From Opitutaceae bacterium (GTDB lineage: Bacteria > Verrucomicrobiota > Verrucomicrobiia > Opitutales > Opitutaceae): a DNA stretch of 64,000 bases. The stretch is from assembly GCA_035519475.1 (NCBI GenBank), contig DATIWI010000179.1, positions 29,499 through 93,498 on the forward strand. The letters are read 5' to 3'. A model generated the notes under the pieces. The model worked only from the letters and a program-made list of their open reading frames with translations, made no database searches and was not told the DNA's origin. The position numbers and the translations under genes are program-made. Positions 8,887 through 19,840 of the stretch are shown one piece after another. How positions within the stretch are numbered: the stretch's first letter is position 1; each line of letters starts with the position of its first letter.

Positions 8887-10026
8887 TCAGAAAAACTTCT
8901 TGGCCTTTTCAAAAAAACTCCGCCCCATGGGTTCATCCGCATCGCCGCAGGCAATGGCGAAGTCCTCCAGTTTCTTGCGCTGCTCCGCGGTGAGGTGGGT
9001 CGGCACCTCGATGTGCACGCGCACCAACTGGTCGCCGGCGTGACTTGACCGCAATCCGGGCATGCCGCGGCCCTTGAGCCGAAAGGTCGTCCCCCCCTGG
9101 GTGCCGGGCGGGATCTTGAGCGACGCCTTGCCGGAAAGCGTCGGCACCTCGATCGTTCCGCCGAGCGCCGCCAGCGTGAACTTGATCGGGATCTCACAGA
9201 ACAGGTCGTTCCCCTGGCGTTCGAAGATTTCGTGGTCTTTGACATGGATCACGAGGTAAAGATCGCCCGGCCGGCCGCCGTACACGCCGGCTTCGCCGTT
9301 GCCCGCGGAGCGCAGCTTGGAGTCGGTATCGACACCCGGGGGAATGCGCACGTTGAGCTTGGCAGTCTTGCCGATCCGGCCCTCGCCCCGACAGTCGCGG
9401 CACGGCCGCTCGATGCGCGTGCCGCTGCCGTGACAGGTTGGACAAACCTGGCGCACCGTGAAGAAGCCGCGCGAGGTGGTCACCTGCCCGGCCCCCCGGC
9501 AGGTCGGACACGTCACCCGGTTCGAGCCCGGCTCGGCGCCCGAACCGTTGCAGTGCTCGCAGACTGCCAGCTTGCGAAAGGAAACCTCTTTCTCCACTCC
9601 GCGCGCCGCCTCCTCGAGGGTGATCTCTATGTCATAGCGCAGGTCGGCACCATCGCGCGAACCGTCGCCACCACCGCCGCCACCGCCGAAGAACTCCTCA
9701 AAGATGCTTCCGCCGCCACCGCCGAACACTTCGCGGAAGATGTCAAACGGATCGTGGAATCCCCCGGCCGGTCCTCCGGCGCCGCGCGGCCCCGCGCCCT
9801 GGGAGAACGCCGCATGCCCGAACCGGTCGTAGGCGGCGCGCTTGTCGGCGTCCTTGAGCACCTCGTACGCCTCAGACACCTTTTTGAACATTTCCTCGGC
9901 CTGCTTGTTGCCCGGATTCTTGTCGGGATGATATTGGACCGCCTTCTTGCGATAGGCCTTCTTGATGTCCTCCTCGGAGGCATCCCGGCCCACGCCGAGC
10001 AGATCGTAATAGTCTTCCTTGGCCAT
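8887..10026 (-). CDS. dnaJ: Molecular chaperone DnaJ
   Basis: J domain (DYYDLLGV...YHPDKN), G/F region and four CxxCxGxG zinc-finger repeats. Start trimmed to MAKEDYY (ATG verified at 10026). Confidence 0.95.
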   Translation of the reverse strand: MAKEDYYDLLGVGRDASEEDIKKAYRKKAVQYHPDKNPGNKQAEEMFKKVSEAYEVLKDADKRAAYDRFGHAAFSQGAGPRGAGGPAGGFHDPFDIFREVFGGGGGSIFEEFFGGGGGGGDGSRDGADLRYDIEITLEEAARGVEKEVSFRKLAVCEHCNGSGAEPGSNRVTCPTCRGAGQVTTSRGFFTVRQVCPTCHGSGTRIERPCRDCRGEGRIGKTAKLNVRIPPGVDTDSKLRSAGNGEAGVYGGRPGDLYLVIHVKDHEIFERQGNDLFCEIPIKFTLAALGGTIEVPTLSGKASLKIPPGTQGGTTFRLKGRGMPGLRSSHAGDQLVRVHIEVPTHLTAEQRKKLEDFAIACGDADEPMGRSFFEKAKKFF

Positions 10027-10123
10027 GTTACCTTGTCGGGGAAATCTGTCCTGCCGGGTGCCGGTCACCGGATGCGCCCCCGGCTCTCGTTAACGCGCAG
10101 ACGAGGGCCGGCTGCAACGCATT

Positions 10124-10753
10124 TCAGCTCTTCGCCTCCTTCGCCGGCCCGCTGGAGAGGATCACGCTGGCAGGCCGCAGCAACCGGCCGTGAAAAGTGT
10201 AGCCGATGCGAACGACCTGGAGCACGTGCTCCTCGGGCACCTCGGCGCTCGGTTGATGGGACAGGGACTCGTGCAGGTGAGGATCGAATTTCTGCCCCAC
10301 GGGGTCCAACGCTTTCAGCCCGTGGTGACCGAGCACCCCTCTGAGCTGATCGAGCACCATGGCAATGCCGTCAGTCACCGTCTTGGCGTCCGCCTGCTGG
10401 CGCACCGCGGCGAGGCCGAGTTGCAGATTGTCGAGCACCGGGAGCAGATGTTGCAGGAGATTAACAGTCGCAAACTGCCGCAACTCATCCTTCTCGCGGG
10501 TGACGCGCCGCCGGAAATTCTCGAGATCGGCCACGGCCCGCAGGTAGCGATCATAATTGCCCGCCGCCTCCTGCTGTGCCGCCGTCAGCCTCTCCTCCAG
10601 CGAAGGCGGGGCCGCCGGCGGGGCGCTGGCCGCGACCGCGGCGGTTTCGCCCGGCGGAGCGGCAGATCCTGCAGCGGCGTTCGAGCCGGGTGTGGCCGCC
10701 GCGGGTGTCGGGCCGGGCTGGGCAAGCGTTTTCTCCGGATTGGATGCAGTCAT
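10124..10753 (-). CDS. grpE: Nucleotide exchange factor GrpE
   Basis: NFRRRVTREKDE and C-terminal GYTFHGRLLRPASV motifs. Adjacent to dnaJ. Confidence 0.9.
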   Translation of the reverse strand: MTASNPEKTLAQPGPTPAAATPGSNAAAGSAAPPGETAAVAASAPPAAPPSLEERLTAAQQEAAGNYDRYLRAVADLENFRRRVTREKDELRQFATVNLLQHLLPVLDNLQLGLAAVRQQADAKTVTDGIAMVLDQLRGVLGHHGLKALDPVGQKFDPHLHESLSHQPSAEVPEEHVLQVVRIGYTFHGRLLRPASVILSSGPAKEAKS

Positions 10754-10811
10754 GCGAAACGAGAAGTAGACTATTTCTTCAGCCTTTTCTCAAGCGCTTC
10801 AACCAACCCTT

Positions 10812-11540
10812 TCAGAGCCTCCCCGGTCTTGCGACCGGTTTCCACGACCGTGTCGCTGACGCTGCGCGGTGGGGACCCCCCGCCGGTGGCACGCCGCCGA
10901 GGGCACCCAGGACCGGGGCCAGGACGTCCCCGAGCGGCGCGGCAACTTCCTTCGCGCTCGTGACGTTTTCATAGGAGTGATGGAAATTGAGGTCGAATTC
11001 CCGGACCTCCGGTGCGCGTTTCGAGTAATCGGCAATCACCAGGCGGTCGCAACGGACCTGCAGGCGTCGGATCAGGAACTCGCGCGGCCGGCCGGCTTTT
11101 GCCGGCGGCTGACGCTGATTCTCGGGCGTTGCGTCCCATCCTGCTGGATCAGCCCCGGCGTTGATCACGCCGTGATCGTTCCTTACCAGCGTGACGGCCG
11201 CTACATCCACCCCGGCGTCGTCGATCACCGGACATTGCCCGAACAGGGAAAACAGCCGTGCGCTGGCGCGAAGCTCGCGGATCTCGACGAACTCCTTCCG
11301 CGGGAAGCCCGGCGGATTGGTGATGGTCAATCCGCGCAGCGCCACCTCTCCCGTGAACGGATTGAGATATAGCGTCCGGACCTCGACGCCGAAGCCGGTG
11401 CGCTCGCGGACCAGCCAGCTCAGCGCGGAGGGCAGCAGCAGCATCCACCCTAGCGCCAGGCAGGCGGAGATGGTGGCGAGGAAGAATAGCAGCTTCGCTC
11501 CGATGCCTCCGCACCGTGCGCCGTTGGGCAACGTTTCCAT
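10812..11540 (-). CDS. Hypothetical membrane-anchored protein (AsmA/DUF748-like N-terminal region)
   Basis: Start at METLPNG (ATG verified at 11540, 6 nt after the manA stop). One N-terminal TM followed by a beta-rich region. Confidence 0.5.
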   Translation of the reverse strand: METLPNGARCGGIGAKLLFFLATISACLALGWMLLLPSALSWLVRERTGFGVEVRTLYLNPFTGEVALRGLTITNPPGFPRKEFVEIRELRASARLFSLFGQCPVIDDAGVDVAAVTLVRNDHGVINAGADPAGWDATPENQRQPPAKAGRPREFLIRRLQVRCDRLVIADYSKRAPEVREFDLNFHHSYENVTSAKEVAAPLGDVLAPVLGALGGVPPAGGPHRAASATRSWKPVARPGRL

Positions 11541-11545
11541 GACGC

Positions 11546-12493
11546 TCAGGTGAAATTCTCTGTCACGAGCAGCAGACTGTCCTCGGCCGCCGTGAAGGTG
11601 AAGGCGCCGGCAAACGGCAGCAGGACGTTGGCACCGCGTCCAAGGAGTTCGCCCACGGCGGCCTCGCACACGCTTCCCCGCACCAGATGCAACAGGCGCG
11701 GTTGTTGACCGCCGGCAAAGGTCAGATGCTCCCCGCCCGCCAGCGGCACCCGGCGCAGGCGGAATTCAGCGCAGTCGGCCAGCACCGCGCGCGTGGCTGC
11801 CGCACGCCGCGGTTCCGTTTCGGGCTGTCCCCACTGGATGGATGCCAGCGCTTCGCGCAGATGCAGCTGGCGCGGTTTGCCGTCCAAGCCGGTGCGGCCC
11901 CAATCAAAGACGCGGTAAGTGGTGTCGGAATTCTGCTGGATCTCAAGGATCAGGTTTCCGGCGTCGATCGCATGCACCGTGCCGCTGCGCACCAAGACCG
12001 AATCTCCGGTGGTCACCGGGAATCGGTTGACACATTGTTCCAACCTGCCGGCGGCGAGCGCGCGCTCGAATTCGTTCCGGGTCACACCCGGTCGCAGTCC
12101 CACGATGAGCGCCGCACCGGGCGCAGCCTCGGCGATGAACCAATTCTCCGTCTTGGGCTCACCGCCCAATTCCGCGGCCCGGTCCGCGGGCGGGTGCACT
12201 TGCAGGCTCAAGCGCTCGCGGCAATCCAACCACTTTACGAGAATGGGAAACCGACGTTCCACCGGCCACCGGGGTCCCATTGTCTCCTGCCCATGATTTG
12301 CAATCAAATCACGAAGAGTGCAGCCGGCGAATTCCCCGCCCTCCACCACGGCCTGCGCCTCGGGCCGGTCGACGATCTCCCAGCTTTCACCAATGGCGCG
12401 CCCTTCCGGAAGAACGCGCCCAAACGCAGCCGCCAAGGCGCGGCCGCCCCACACGCGTTCCTGATAGATGGGCGCAAAACGCAAAATCTCCAT
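11546..12493 (-). CDS. manA: Class I mannose-6-phosphate isomerase
   Basis: N-terminus MEILRFAPIYQERVWGG and cupin-type blocks (LSLQVHP, GDSVLVRSGTVHA). Start trimmed to 12493. Confidence 0.8.
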   Translation of the reverse strand: MEILRFAPIYQERVWGGRALAAAFGRVLPEGRAIGESWEIVDRPEAQAVVEGGEFAGCTLRDLIANHGQETMGPRWPVERRFPILVKWLDCRERLSLQVHPPADRAAELGGEPKTENWFIAEAAPGAALIVGLRPGVTRNEFERALAAGRLEQCVNRFPVTTGDSVLVRSGTVHAIDAGNLILEIQQNSDTTYRVFDWGRTGLDGKPRQLHLREALASIQWGQPETEPRRAAATRAVLADCAEFRLRRVPLAGGEHLTFAGGQQPRLLHLVRGSVCEAAVGELLGRGANVLLPFAGAFTFTAAEDSLLLVTENFT

Positions 12494-12598
12494 AATACAG
12501 TACTTATGAGTTAATCGTGAAAATAAACTCCGGTTATTTACATTGACGGTCTGCGCCGGTAGCGTGGACTTTCGGTCGCGGTAATTGCCGTTACACAA

Positions 12599-15109
12599 AT
12601 GGCCAAGTCGGAGACTTCAAACCCAAAGAACGTGGCGTCGATGGAGGGCCCGCGCTACCGGCCAAAGTGGCTGGCGGCTAGCATCTGTTTCCTCCTCGGT
12701 GCGTGGATCGCGGTCACGTTGGTGAACTACAATCCACGCCAGAGTCATGAATTCCAAGTGGGCGGACAGAGCGCTTGGAACGGAACGGTGTGGGTCATCC
12801 ATGATATGGCGCCGCCCCAGCCGAACTTGGGCGGCCCGTGGGGCGCGGATTTCGCCTGGTGGTCCCTCTACCTGGTGGGCTTCAGCACGTGGCTGGTGCC
12901 CGTGTTCTTCCTGTGGTTTGCATGGGTCGCGGTCCGCAATGCCCGTCGGCTCGTCGTCACCCGTTTCATCGCGATGCTCCTGTGCATCGCCACCGAATCG
13001 GGTCTGCTGGCGATGGTCGAGAGCTTCCCGGGCAGCGACTACTACCCGCGCGGGCTGGGGGGCAGAATCGGGCAGCTCCTCTATGGCGAACTGCTCAAGA
13101 ACACGGTCGGAGTCGTCGGCGCGGGCTTGCTGCTGGGCATCGTCTTCGCGCTGGCCCTGTCGTTCATCTTCTCCCGGGACATTGGAGCAGAACTGGAGCG
13201 CGTGATCGCTTCCATCCATGGCTGGCGGGTGCGGCGGGCGCGGCAGGCCGCCGAACGAGCCGAACAGAAACAGAAGGACAGGGAGTCCAAACAAAAGGCC
13301 ACCATTGCCAAGGCGGCGGCCGTCGCGCTGACGCCACCCTCCGCCAAGAAGGCGCTGATCATCCCCAAGACCAAGGAGGAGATTGCGCGGGAGGCCGCGG
13401 CGGCCAAGATCGTTGATTCCGCGGCTGCCGAACCTGCCAAAGCCGTTCCCAAGACCAGTCCGAGCCGGCCACCAGTCGAGGAGCCGGCGGCGGCGGCAGC
13501 CAAGACGCCTGCTTCGTCGCTGGGCAAACTCAATATCGTCAAACCGGAGGAGCCCAAGAAGGCGCGGAGCGCCCTGCTCGCCCGCGCCGATGAAAGCTAC
13601 CAGTTCCCGCCCCTCTCGCTGCTGCGCGAACCGAGCGGTGCCGACGCGGGCTCCAGCGAAGAAGAGCACCGCCAGAACGCCGAGAATCTCCTGCGCATTT
13701 TGGCCGAGTTTGGCGTCGAAGTGACGTTGGGCGAAATCCATGTCGGACCCGTCATCACGCGCTACGAGGTCATCCCCGCCGCCGGTGTGCGCGTGGAGAA
13801 GATCGCCAGTCTCGACAAGAACATCGCCCTGGGCATGCGCGCCCAGTCGGTGCGCATCATGGCGCCCATTCCCGGCAAGGCCGCGGTTGGGGTGGAGGTG
13901 CCCAACCAGAAGCGGATGGAAGTCGGGCTGCGCGAAATCATCGAATCGGAAGACTGGGCGGGGGCCAAGGCCGAGTTGCCGATCGCGCTGGGCAAGGATG
14001 TCAGCGGCAAGCCTCTGGTCTCCGATCTCGCCAAGATGCCCCACCTGCTGATCGCCGGTGCCACCGGCTCGGGCAAGTCGGTTTGCATCAATGCCATCAT
14101 CGCTTCCCTCCTTTACCACGCGAGTCCGCGCGACGTGCGGTTGCTCATGATCGATCCGAAGATCGTTGAACTGAAGATTTTCAACGTCCTGCCGCATATG
14201 CTCATCCCGGTGGTCACCGAGGCCAAGAAGGTGCCCGCGGCGCTCAAGTGGCTGCTGCGCGAGATGGAGATGCGCTATCAGATCTTTGCGAAAGTCGGGG
14301 TGCGGAACATCAGCGCCTTCAACAACCGGAAGAAATCCCCGCGGGAATCCACGCCCGCGGCGGACACCCAGGCGACGCTCGACGTCGCCCCGCCGGCGGG
14401 GGATGTCGAGGTGCCGGACCACCTTTATTACGTCATCGCCATCATCGACGAGCTCGCCGACCTGATGATGGCGGCGCCAGCGGAAATCGAGACTTCGGTC
14501 GCGCGCCTCGCGCAGCTGGCCCGCGCCACCGGCATCCACATCATCATCGCGACGCAGCGTCCCTCGGTGAATGTCATCACCGGCATCATTAAGGCGAACC
14601 TGCCCTCGCGCATCGCGTTTCAGGTGGCCTCCCAGGTCGACTCGCGGACCATCATCGACACCAAGGGCGCCGAGACGCTCATCGGCCGGGGCGACATGCT
14701 GTTCTCCCCACCCGGGTCCTCCAAGCTCGTCCGCGCGCAGGGCGCCCTCGTGTCGGACGAGGAAATCAACCGCATCCTCGAGTTCCTGCAACAGAACGGT
14801 CCGCCCGCCTTCGCTCAGGACGTCCAGGCTCACATCGACCGCGCGGCCAGCGAAGAAGAGGAGGAGGCCGGCGCAGTCGAGGACACGGAGGGCGAGATGG
14901 GAGACGACGACGAGTTGTTCAGGCAGGCCATCGAGGTTCTGAAAGCCTCGCGGCGCGCCTCCACCTCGATGCTCCAGCGCCGCCTGCGCATCGGCTACAA
15001 CCGCGCCGCGCGCATCATGGAACTGATGGAGGGAAAGGGCATCGTCGGGCCGGAAAACGGCGCCCAGCCGCGGGAGATTCTGGTGGATCTCGATTCGCTT
15101 CAGAATTGA
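12599..15109 (+). CDS. ftsK: DNA translocase FtsK/SpoIIIE
   Basis: N-terminal TM segments, a Pro/Ala-rich linker, a motor domain with Walker A GATGSGKSV, and a C-terminal gamma winged-helix (LQRRLRIGYNRAARIME). Confidence 0.95.
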   Translation: MAKSETSNPKNVASMEGPRYRPKWLAASICFLLGAWIAVTLVNYNPRQSHEFQVGGQSAWNGTVWVIHDMAPPQPNLGGPWGADFAWWSLYLVGFSTWLVPVFFLWFAWVAVRNARRLVVTRFIAMLLCIATESGLLAMVESFPGSDYYPRGLGGRIGQLLYGELLKNTVGVVGAGLLLGIVFALALSFIFSRDIGAELERVIASIHGWRVRRARQAAERAEQKQKDRESKQKATIAKAAAVALTPPSAKKALIIPKTKEEIAREAAAAKIVDSAAAEPAKAVPKTSPSRPPVEEPAAAAAKTPASSLGKLNIVKPEEPKKARSALLARADESYQFPPLSLLREPSGADAGSSEEEHRQNAENLLRILAEFGVEVTLGEIHVGPVITRYEVIPAAGVRVEKIASLDKNIALGMRAQSVRIMAPIPGKAAVGVEVPNQKRMEVGLREIIESEDWAGAKAELPIALGKDVSGKPLVSDLAKMPHLLIAGATGSGKSVCINAIIASLLYHASPRDVRLLMIDPKIVELKIFNVLPHMLIPVVTEAKKVPAALKWLLREMEMRYQIFAKVGVRNISAFNNRKKSPRESTPAADTQATLDVAPPAGDVEVPDHLYYVIAIIDELADLMMAAPAEIETSVARLAQLARATGIHIIIATQRPSVNVITGIIKANLPSRIAFQVASQVDSRTIIDTKGAETLIGRGDMLFSPPGSSKLVRAQGALVSDEEINRILEFLQQNGPPAFAQDVQAHIDRAASEEEEEAGAVEDTEGEMGDDDELFRQAIEVLKASRRASTSMLQRRLRIGYNRAARIMELMEGKGIVGPENGAQPREILVDLDSLQN

Positions 15110-15224
15110 CCCCGCGCCCGCCGGCGAAACGGGCGGAAGGGGTGCCGGACCCCGGGAATCGATTTCGAGAGCCCCCTGCAAGATCCGTCTTCCCATCCCC
15201 GGCAAAATTGCATAACTGACTGCC

Positions 15225-15998
15225 ATGCAGACCATCGGCGAGCGACTCGAAGAAGCGCGCAAACGCAAGGGGATCTCCATCCGGGAAGCCGCTGAGGCCA
15301 CCAAGATCCGCAGCGATTATCTGCATAAGCTCGAAAGCAACAGCTTCGATCTCAATCTGCCGGAAATCTACATCCGCGGCTTTCTTCAGAATTACGCGAA
15401 TTACCTGAAGCTCAACGCCGAGAAGATCCTCGCCGATTACAAGACGCTGGCGCCGAACGAGGGCCGCGCTTCCCGGCGGGATAACCGGGAAATTTACGGC
15501 CGAATGGATCTCGTTAAGACTGGCCACCCGGCCCCCGAGGCCGCTGCCCCTGCCGTCCCCCCCGAGGCGCCCGTGGCCGCCCCTGCCCCGGCGCGCCCTG
15601 CCTTCCCCGCGTCCGCCGGCACCGGCGGTCCCGCCATCGATCCTGCGCTCCTGTTCAAGGGCGGCGTGGCGGTGGTCGCGCTCCTGCTCATTCTGGCGAT
15701 TGTCTTTGGCATCAGGGCGATTTCGGGCGGATCGGCGAGACCCAGTGGCGAAATCAGGGCAGCTGCCCAGCAGACAATCACCCTCACCGCTCGCGACACC
15801 GTTCGCGTGAAACTCGTGCAGGAACTGGACGGAGCCGAGCTGTTCCAAGGCACGATGATCAAGGGCGAATCCCATTCCTTCCCCAAACGCGGCTCCCTGC
15901 TGCTCACCGCCACGGCGCTTGAGAACGTCGAGATCGACGTCAGCGGCAAGCGCCAGGCGAATCCCTACACGGGATACAACCGCGTGCAGATCCCGTAG
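15225..15998 (+). CDS. rodZ: Cytoskeleton protein RodZ-like (HTH, TM and DUF4115-like C-terminus)
   Basis: N-terminal HTH GERLEEARKRKGISIREAAEATKIRSDYLHKLE, a Pro/Ala linker, one TM, and a C-terminal beta domain. Confidence 0.7.
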   Translation: MQTIGERLEEARKRKGISIREAAEATKIRSDYLHKLESNSFDLNLPEIYIRGFLQNYANYLKLNAEKILADYKTLAPNEGRASRRDNREIYGRMDLVKTGHPAPEAAAPAVPPEAPVAAPAPARPAFPASAGTGGPAIDPALLFKGGVAVVALLLILAIVFGIRAISGGSARPSGEIRAAAQQTITLTARDTVRVKLVQELDGAELFQGTMIKGESHSFPKRGSLLLTATALENVEIDVSGKRQANPYTGYNRVQIP

Positions 15999-16042
15999 GT
16001 CGCCGGCGGCGCCGCTCCGCCAACCAGACGCGCGACCGATGA

Positions 16043-16594
16043 CTAGCGCAGTCCGACGGGCGGGCCGAGAATCTCGCGCAGCACAATGGCGCGGCGCAAG
16101 CCCGCCGGGTTGCGCAGATCCGCCACGAAGTGGCCGACTGCCACCGGGGCTGCCGCCGGGGCGGCCGCAGCTGCCGCCGGGGCGACGGACGTCGATGTCT
16201 GGCGCGCCGCCTTGATCGCCTGAAGTTGCTGCAGCATTTTCTGCTGTCGTTCATACTCCGCCGCCAGTCCCGCGGTCGCCGTCACATCCTCGACGGGCAA
16301 CGGCGGCGGAACCACCACAGGCCGCACCTCCTCGATCATGGGTGGGGCCGGCGGGAACACCGGATGGTCCCCGGCGCGGGGCGGCGGCGCGGCGGGCGCC
16401 AAGCCGCGCCGTTCCCGGATCCGGCGGCGGATTTCCTCCTGGATCCGGCGCGTCCGCTCTTCGTCCTCCTGGCTGGTCGCCGGCCCCCGGCCCGCGGCAT
16501 CCTGCGAATGCGCCTGCTTCAACTTCTGCAGCATCGCGACGACCGCGATCACGATCAGGAAGAGAACCTGCGGATGATTGAGCAGCCAATCCAT
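16043..16594 (-). CDS. Hypothetical proline-rich membrane protein
   Basis: N-terminal TM (VLFLIVIAVVAML) followed by a charged, Pro-rich region. Lies 52 nt downstream of floA on the same strand. Confidence 0.5.
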   Translation of the reverse strand: MDWLLNHPQVLFLIVIAVVAMLQKLKQAHSQDAAGRGPATSQEDEERTRRIQEEIRRRIRERRGLAPAAPPPRAGDHPVFPPAPPMIEEVRPVVVPPPLPVEDVTATAGLAAEYERQQKMLQQLQAIKAARQTSTSVAPAAAAAAPAAAPVAVGHFVADLRNPAGLRRAIVLREILGPPVGLR

Positions 16595-16646
16595 GATCGA
16601 ACGCTACCGTCCTATCCGTTCTCGGTGAGAGAATCTCCGCCGGGTA

Positions 16647-17654
16647 TCACTTCTTCGCCGCCTCCGGCGCGGCGATTGAGGAACGCATTTCGGTGTCGGC
16701 CTGAATGTTTTGGAACCGGTAGTAATCCATCACGCCGAGCCGGCCATTGCGGAACGCCTCGGCCATCGCCAGCGGCACCTGGGCCTGCGCCTCGACGACC
16801 TTGGCCTGCATCTCCTGCACGCGCGCCTTCATTTCCTGCTCCAGCGCGACGGCCGCCGCACGGCGAATCTCTGCCTGCGCCTGCGCCATGTTCTTGTTGG
16901 CCTCCGCCTGCGCCACCTGGAGGCTGGCGCCCACGTTCTCGCCCACGTCGACATCCGCGATGTCGATCGAAAGGATTTCAAAAGCCGTGCCGGCATCGAG
17001 GCCGCGCGCCAGCACGGTCTTCGAGATGCTGTCGGGCGATTCGAGCACGGTCTTGTAGCTTTCGGCCGACCCGATCGTGGTGACAATGCCCTCGCCGACG
17101 CGGGCAATGATGGTGTTCTCCTTGGCGCCGCCGACGAACCGGTCGAGGTTGGTGCGCACGGTGACGCGGGCCTTCACCTTCACTTGGATGCCGTCCTTGG
17201 CCACGCCGTCGATCGTCGTGCGGCCGCCCTCGGGGTTCGGGCAGTCGATCACCTTCGGATCCACCGATGTCCGCACCGCCTCCTCGACGGATTTGCCCGA
17301 GCCCTTGGTCGCCAGGTCGATCGCGCAGGCCCGCCGCCAATCGAGCGCGATGCCTGCCTTCTGTGCCGCAATCAGGGCATGCACGCAGGCGATGACATTG
17401 CCGCCCGCCAGGAACTGGGCCTCGACTTCGTCGATGGAGAGTTTGATGCCCGCCTTGGTGGCGCGGATGCGGGCATCGACCACGAGACCGTACGGCACCT
17501 GGCGCAGTCGCATCGCCACCAGGTTGACGAAGCCGACATAGGCACCGGCCAGCCAGGCGCGCAGCCAAACGCTGAAGAACGAAAAGATGATCCCCGCAAG
17601 GATCAGAACGGCGATACCGGCAACGATGAGGACGACGAGGGTTAGATTGATCAT
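16647..17654 (-). CDS. floA: Flotillin-like protein FloA (UPF0365/YqfA family)
   Basis: N-terminal TM plus [23 protein letters not shown] and an SPFH-like body, as in YqfA. ATGA overlap with the upstream nfeD-like gene. Confidence 0.85.
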   Translation of the reverse strand: MINLTLVVLIVAGIAVLILAGIIFSFFSVWLRAWLAGAYVGFVNLVAMRLRQVPYGLVVDARIRATKAGIKLSIDEVEAQFLAGGNVIACVHALIAAQKAGIALDWRRACAIDLATKGSGKSVEEAVRTSVDPKVIDCPNPEGGRTTIDGVAKDGIQVKVKARVTVRTNLDRFVGGAKENTIIARVGEGIVTTIGSAESYKTVLESPDSISKTVLARGLDAGTAFEILSIDIADVDVGENVGASLQVAQAEANKNMAQAQAEIRRAAAVALEQEMKARVQEMQAKVVEAQAQVPLAMAEAFRNGRLGVMDYYRFQNIQADTEMRSSIAAPEAAKK

Positions 17655-18118
17655 GGTTTGGTGACGGTTAAACGAAAGTTGTCGACGGCGACGACGGTGA
17701 GCACGGTGCCCTTGGCAATGTGGCCGCTCTGCGAGAACGCTTCGTAGCGCCGGCCATCGAGGAGCACGTAGCCCGTCGGCGCCAGGGTGGTGACAGCCGC
17801 ACAGCGCTTGCCCACCACGGCGGCCGCCTCGGCCACCGGTGGCTGGCTGATTTCCCCGATCGCCTCGTGGAGGAAAAAGCGCTTCCCGATCCGCGTCTTG
17901 GGGAGCAAGCCGAACTCCGCGTAGAGCGCCAGGCCAAGGATCGCGAGGCCGGCCAGCACCGCCAGGCCTCCACCGCGCACGCCGTAGTTCATGAACGCCA
18001 CGATGCAGCCTCCCAACATGGCCACGCCGCCAAGGATGCCGAGCACCGAGCTCGGCATGAAGACCTCGAAGACCAGCAGCACGGTGCCGAGCAGGAAGAG
18101 CAGCAGGATCGCGGTCAC
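17651..18118 (-). CDS. Short NfeD-family protein (TM segments plus C-terminal OB-fold domain)
   Basis: GTG start overlapping the upstream stop (GTGA). Multi-TM N-terminal part and a C-terminal block [30 protein letters not shown] typical of the NfeD OB domain. Confidence 0.7.
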   Translation of the reverse strand: MTAILLLFLLGTVLLVFEVFMPSSVLGILGGVAMLGGCIVAFMNYGVRGGGLAVLAGLAILGLALYAEFGLLPKTRIGKRFFLHEAIGEISQPPVAEAAAVVGKRCAAVTTLAPTGYVLLDGRRYEAFSQSGHIAKGTVLTVVAVDNFRLTVTKP

Positions 18119-19605
18119 GATGACATCCTCTCCACCTTCAGGCCGAAATCCGTGCGGCCGGTGACCACGACCGGCGTTCCCACCGCGGCGGTCCCCAGTT
18201 CGAGTTGCGCCTGATAGCGCCGCCCGTCGATCTCCACCTCTCCGCCGGGGCGCAGGGGTGTGACCACCGCGCCTTGGCGCCCGATGAGCCCGGCGGTGTC
18301 TCCCGCCAAGTCCGGTGCCTTGCCCGCCACCTGCGCCGCCGTGCTGACCGCCGCCTGCAGCACCATGCGGTCCCACAGCCAGCCCTTGGGCAGAAAGCGC
18401 GCGATCAGCACGCCCAGCACCAACGCCAGCGTGAGGCCGGCGCCCAGGTTGAGGAGCGGCCGCAGAAACACGTCCCCCGAGGTCGCGATGGTCAGGGGTT
18501 GGTCAGGCCAGATGTCGGCCATCGCCCAGACGAGCGAGCCGAGCATCAGCGCCACGCCGCTCACCGCCAGGACCGCCACGCCCGGGAAGAAGAAGACTTC
18601 AATGGCCAGGAGCAGCAGCCCCAGCGCGAACAGGATCATCGGTTCGTGACCCGAAAACCCGGCGATGTAGTGGCCGAGGAAAACGACGGCCAGCAGCACG
18701 ATGCCCGCGATGCCGAAGAAGCCAAAGCCCGGCGTCTTGAATTCGATGAAAAGGCAGAGCACACCGAGACCCATCAGCAGGGGGGCGATCGCGTTCAGGT
18801 ATTGGGCCAGCCGCTCCGACCACGTCACGTTGAGCTGGATCACGTCGTAGCCGCCCGCGCCGAATCTTTGCCGCAGCAGATCGTCGAGGTCTTTCGCGAT
18901 GCCCGCCGCCAGCAGGGGGCGAGGCGGATCGCCGTACGCCTTGGCGGCCTCGTTGGCCGTGAGCGAGAGCAATTCGCCCTTGGGCTTGATCACCGCATCG
19001 CCGATCTTCAATTCGTAGTCCTTGTCGATCATCGCCGAAATCACCTGGCCGCGGTAGCCTTGGTCCTCGGAGATCGCCCGCATCTTGGCCCGGAGAAAGC
19101 TGTTGATCTTCAGCCGCATAGTTTCGGGGATATCCTGGCCTTCGGCGGTCACCGCCGCGGCGGCTCCGATCACGCCCTTGGGCACAAACCAGATCTCCTT
19201 CGTCGCCGCCGCAATGAACGCGCCCGCAGACATCGCCTCACTGTCGACATACGTGGCGGTCACGCCCGGAAACTTCTCCAAGGCCTCCATCATGTCGAAG
19301 GCGACATCGGCGCGCCCTCCCGGCGTCTGCATGTCCAGGACGACCGCGCCGGCATTGCGCTCAATCGCTTCCTTCAGGCCGCGGCGCAGGATGTAGAGCG
19401 CCGGCTGAGCGATCTCGTCCCGCACGGGCACGACATAGACGGTGACCTTCCCTCCCGGCTCGGCCTTCGCCGGCGCCGCGGGCGTCGCCGGCGCGCTGCT
19501 TCCGGCCGGTGGCGGGGCCGGGGGGACCGACGGCGCCTCCGCGGCCGACGCCACCAGCGTGGCCAGCGCCCCCGCAAGCCAGACTTGAAGAAATCTCCCG
19601 GACAT
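18115..19605 (-). CDS. Long NfeD-family membrane-bound serine protease (ClpP class)
   Basis: Signal peptide [24 protein letters not shown], a ClpP-like domain ([14 protein letters not shown]), a multi-TM region and a C-terminal NfeD OB domain. Start trimmed to the ATG at 19605. Confidence 0.75.
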   Translation of the reverse strand: MSGRFLQVWLAGALATLVASAAEAPSVPPAPPPAGSSAPATPAAPAKAEPGGKVTVYVVPVRDEIAQPALYILRRGLKEAIERNAGAVVLDMQTPGGRADVAFDMMEALEKFPGVTATYVDSEAMSAGAFIAAATKEIWFVPKGVIGAAAAVTAEGQDIPETMRLKINSFLRAKMRAISEDQGYRGQVISAMIDKDYELKIGDAVIKPKGELLSLTANEAAKAYGDPPRPLLAAGIAKDLDDLLRQRFGAGGYDVIQLNVTWSERLAQYLNAIAPLLMGLGVLCLFIEFKTPGFGFFGIAGIVLLAVVFLGHYIAGFSGHEPMILFALGLLLLAIEVFFFPGVAVLAVSGVALMLGSLVWAMADIWPDQPLTIATSGDVFLRPLLNLGAGLTLALVLGVLIARFLPKGWLWDRMVLQAAVSTAAQVAGKAPDLAGDTAGLIGRQGAVVTPLRPGGEVEIDGRRYQAQLELGTAAVGTPVVVTGRTDFGLKVERMSS

Positions 19606-19840
19606 GGTGTACCCGCACTCTGGCGGGCCGCGCGTCCCGACGCAAGCGCCCCGATGCGGCCGGGCGTTACAGACCGGATCCGTGTTTCCCATCGCGATCG
19701 ACCCATGGCCGGCCGCGCCATCATCCCCCAACCTCCCAGGGGCTCCCGCGGGATTCCTGAGTCGGCCCTTCCCCACGGACGATTCGCTTGCGAAAATACC
19801 TTTGTCGGCCGACGAGTCCTGCCCTACAACTTCCCCGCGC

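Noticed and set aside
8887-10068. N-terminal extensions in many track ORFs (dnaJ 10068, manA 12598, nfeD 19980, the histidine kinase 28357, macA 35908, pyk 36667, TBDR 39111, ribH 43872, nusB 43111, the thyX-like gene 52167, nuoK 58118 and others).
   Set aside because: The extended parts are Arg/Pro/Gly-rich, overlap the upstream gene or intergenic DNA, and precede a canonical family N-terminus that begins at a verified internal ATG or GTG. The trimmed starts are used instead.
10754-10811. HrcA/CIRCE operator (TTAGCACTC-N9-GAGTGCTAA) upstream of grpE-dnaJ.
   Set aside because: No such inverted repeat is present in the 58-nt spacer or upstream of the preceding gene.
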